Assembly (NCBI RefSeq): GCF_030684315.1
Contig: NC_081362.1
Span: forward strand, 95,649,187-95,713,186
DNA: 64,000 nucleotides
Direction: 5' to 3'
Source: Stegostoma tigrinum
Lineage: Eukaryota
The position numbers were made by a program, and so were the translations under genes. The notes below the pieces were generated by a model. That model was not told the DNA's origin. It ran no database searches and saw nothing but the letters and a program-made list of their open reading frames with translations. This document shows positions 60,492 to 64,000 of the stretch, one piece after another; position 1 is the first letter of the stretch, and each line of letters starts with the position of its first letter.

Positions 60492-60529
60492 CTGTAGATT
60501 GAGACAGCCAAGAGGGATGATTAGTAGTC

Positions 60530-60867
60530 ATTCATTCACGAGATGAGGGCGTCATTGACCAGGCAGCATTTACTGCCCATCCCTAATTGCCCAGAGGTCA
60601 ACCACACTGCTGTCAGTCTGGAGTCACACATGGGCCAGACCAGGTAAGGTCGACAGTTTCCTTCCCTAAAGGGTATTAGTGAACCAGATGGGTTTTTCTG
60701 ACAATTGATAATGGATTCATGCTCATCATGAGAACCTTAATTCCAGATATTTACTGAATTCAAATTCCACCATCTGCCATGGCAGGATTTGAAGCCGGGT
60801 CCCCAGAATGTTATCTGGGTCTCTGGATTAACAGACCCGCGATAATACCACTAGGCCACTGCCTCCC
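60530..60867 (-). mobile_element. tRNA-derived SINE whose 3' end matches the CR1/L2-group LINE
   Basis: - strand head GGGAGGCAGTGGCCTAGTGG...GGCTTCAAATCC (A/B boxes) and tail GGGCAGTAAATGCTGCC. An older + copy probably lies at ~42625-42980. Confidence 0.75.
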
Positions 60868-61689
60868 CTCATTGCTGTGGGCAACACACCAGCTGTAACT
60901 TCAACTCCTGATCCCTTACAGTAAGCTCGGGACCCTCAGCATGTGGCCATTCAGTCCCTTGGGACTGGCCCGCCATTCTCTCCAATCATAGCAAATTTGT
61001 ACCTCAAGCACACAATCAAGGTGCGTGAGCTGGCCATTTGGCCACTCTAGCCTACTCCATCATCAACAAAATGACGGTGTGAGAGAGGAGGACTCTACAC
61101 CTCAAGCTGAAGGCATTCCAAGATTTAGGGATACAACAGTTTTTTTTTAAATTTACTTGTGTGAAGCGAGCTACTCTGGTTAGGCTAGCAGTTCTTTGTG
61201 GCCCCGAGTTGCCCCCGAGAAGGTGGTGGTGGTGAGCTGCTTTCTTTAACCGCTGCAGTCCACTTGCTGTATGTCGATCCACTATGCCCTGGTACACAAA
61301 ATGAAACAGCCAGAATGTCTCTGCAGTTGGAAGAATTCAATGTGGCCAGTGTGGGCCCTGCGTTGGAGAGATTAATTAGCAACTCAACACAAAAAGAAGT
61401 GTCAATGGATATGTTTCGTACTCAAGATTGGGTTCAAGCAACATTACTTTGTATCGCAACGTAGGAAAAATGATCCACTGAGACTTTTAAGGTTAGGCAG
61501 GGACTTGGGGCTTGATCAGATCAAGAAACCCGACACCATCCAGGACAAAGTAGCTCACTTGATTAGTGCCAACACAAACATCCACTCCCTTCACCACCGA
61601 TGTGGAGTTGCAGCAGTTAGCACAAATCAGAAGATGGGCTGCAAAAATTCAAAGATCCTTACACAGCACCTTCCAAAGCATGACCGCCT

Positions 61690-62511
61690 TAGAACATAGA
61701 ACATAGAACAGTACAGCACAGAACAGGCCCTTCAGCCCACAATGTTGTGCCGACCATTGATCCTCATGTATGCACCCTCAAATTTCTGTGACCATATACA
61801 TGTCCAGCAGTCTCTTAAATGACCCCAATGACCTTGCTTCCACAACTGCTGCTGGCAACGCATTCCATGCTCTCACAACTCTCTGCGTAAAGAACCTGCC
61901 TCTGACATCCCCTCTATACTTTCCACCAACCAGCTTAAAACTATGACCCCTCGTGCTAGCCATTTCTGCCCTGGGAAATAGTCTCTGGCTATCAACTCTA
62001 TCTATGCCTCTCATTATCTTGTATACCTCAATTAGGTCCCCTCTCCTCCTCCTTTTCTCCAATGAAAAGAGACCGAGCTCAGTCAACCTCTCTTCATAAG
62101 ATAAGCCCTCCAGTCCAGGCAGCATCCTGGTAAACCTCCTCTGAACCCTCTCCAAAGCATCCACATCTTTCCTATAACGGGGCGACCAGAACTGGACGCA
62201 GTATTCCAAGTGCGGTCTAACCAAAGTTTTATAGAGCTGCAACAAGATCTCACGACTCTTAAACTCAATCCCCCTGTTAATGAAAGCCAAAACACCATAT
62301 GCTTTCTTAACAACCCTGTCCACTTGGGTGGCCATTTTAAGGGATCTATGTATCTGCACACCAAGATCCCTCTGTTCCTCCACACTGCCAAGAATCCTAT
62401 CCTTAATCCTGTACTCAGCTTTCAAATTCGACCTTCCAAAATGCATCACCTCACATTTATCCAGGTTGAACTCCATCTGCCACCTCTCAGCCCATCTCTG
62501 CATCCTGTCAA
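61690..62511 (-). mobile_element. Young 5'-truncated CR1, same subfamily as 32016-34915, inserted into a + strand LINE fragment (61500-61689, 62512-62570)
   Basis: ORF 61778-62503 differs from the 32 kb ORF2 C-terminus at 3 of 241 residues. (TAGAACA)n tail. Confidence 0.95.
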
Positions 62512-62574
62512 TAACCTAGAAGGACCAGGGCAGCAGATACATGGTCACGCTACTTCCTCAAGTTCCCCTTGAAA

Positions 62575-64000
62575 CAAATATATAAAACAAAAAAAAAGTG
62601 GCTAAGGTCAACATTGGTCCTTTAGAGTATGAGAAGGGAGATTTAATAATGGGAAATAAGGAAATAGCTGAGGCATTGAACAGGTATTGTGTGTCGGTCT
62701 TCACAGTGGAGGGCACAAGTAACAATGCCAGTAATTGATGACTAGGAGACTAAGGTAAGCGAGGACACAATCATTAACACGAAAGAGGGAGTTTTGGGCA
62801 AGATAATGGAGCTAGAAAGTAGACTAGTCTCCTGGCCTTGATAGAATGCACCCCAGGGTACTAAGAGAGATAAGTCGGAGAAATAGCAAACATGCTCGTG
62901 GTAATTTTCCAAAATTCACTGGACTCTGGGCAGCTCCAGCAGATTTTTAAACAGTGGTGTCACATTTGCTGTTTTTCAAAGGAGGTAGACAAAATATGGG
63001 GAATTATAAGCTGGCTAGCTTAACTTCTGTGGTGGGGACAATGCTTTCAATTATCAAGGAAGAGACAGCAAGACATCCAAGTGGAAATTGTCCCATTGTG
63101 TAGACACAGCATGGGCTCACAAAAGGCAGGTCATGCTTAACTCACTTACTGTTATTCTATGAGAACGGTATGAGCAGTGGACAACAGGGGCCCAGTAGAT
63201 GTAGTGTAACTGAATTTCCAAAAGGCATTCAACAAGATGCTGCACAGAGGCTGCTGCATAAGATAAAAGGTGTTACGGGCAAGTATTAGCATGGATAAAG
63301 AACTGGTTATTGAACAGAAAGTCAACAGTGGGGATAAATGAGTCCTTTCATGGTTGGCTATCAGTGGCTAGTGGTCTGCTGCAGGGATCAGTGTTGGGGC
63401 CGTAATTGTTTACAATTTACATAGATGATTTGGAGTTGGGAACCATTTGTAGTGTGTCAATGTTTGCAGAGGGATATAGATAGTTTAAGTGAGTAGATAA
63501 AAGGTCTGGCAGATGGAGTACAATGTTGATAAATTTGAAGTCGTCTAATTTGGGAGGAATAAGAGTGAAAAGGACGATTGTTCGAAAAGTAAAAAAAATT
63601 GCAGTATACTGCTGCGCGGAGGGACCGGTGTGTCCTTACTCACGAATTGCAGAAGGTTGGTTTTCAGGTATACCAGGTAATTAAGAAGGCAAATGGAATT
63701 TTGACCGTCATTGCTAGACAGATTGAGTTTAAACACAGGGAGATTATGCTGCAGCTGTATAGGGTGCTGGTGAGGCCACACTTGAAGTACTGTGTGCAGT
63801 TTTGGTCTCTTTACTTAAGAAAGGATGTATTGGCACTGGAAGGGGCGCACAGTAGATTCACTAGGTTGATTCCAGAGTTGACAGCGCTGGCTTATGAGGA
63901 GAGATTGAGTAGACTGCGATTATATTCTTTGGAATTTAGAAGCGTGTTGGGGGGGGGGGGGGAAGAGCTGATCTTATACAAACATGTAAAATTCTTAAGG
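62575..64000 (+). mobile_element. Decayed CR1 ORF2 fragment running off the window
   Basis: NYKLASLTSVVG, GRSCLT, QGSVLGP and LYRVLVRPHLKYCVQFWS with many disruptions. Confidence 0.85.

Noticed and set aside
60492-64000. Leader/signal-peptide exon of the Ig gene
   Set aside because: The only candidate (MASSRTLIVCL near 61.0 kb) is short and out of phase. The leader is not identifiable and may lie outside the window.

Overview
Repeat-dominated vertebrate genomic DNA. The repeat content (HE1-type V-SINEs, CR1 LINEs with (TTCTATG)n tails, DeuSINE-like relics) points to an elasmobranch (shark), but the species cannot be fixed from the sequence. Two convergent immune-type host genes are visible. 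On the + strand are the last two coding exons of a guanylate-binding protein (897-999 and 1904-2142), joined by a GC-AG intron and ending in the CaaX box CVIQ. On the - strand is a butyrophilin/B7-family Ig gene: IgV exon 60144-60491 (348 nt), IgC exon 50472-50753 (282 nt), TM exon 48866-48990 and a possible cytoplasmic exon 41534-41739. Its IgV lacks the canonical F-strand cysteine and its TM exon appears 1 nt short. The rest is nested retroelements: many CR1 LINEs (one near full length, one young with an open ~925-codon ORF2), Rex1 fragments, SINEs, retroviral and Gypsy relics, and Penelope-like elements of two clades (Neptune and Penelope/Poseidon). The Penelope-like elements recur as fold-back insertions carrying minimal hammerhead ribozyme motifs (about 11 motif copies). 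The best preserved has apparently identical 785-bp inverted arms, a 16-bp target-site duplication, and a junction that is in frame on both strands. Repeat boundaries are approximate unless stated. All family assignments come from motif recognition, not database searches.
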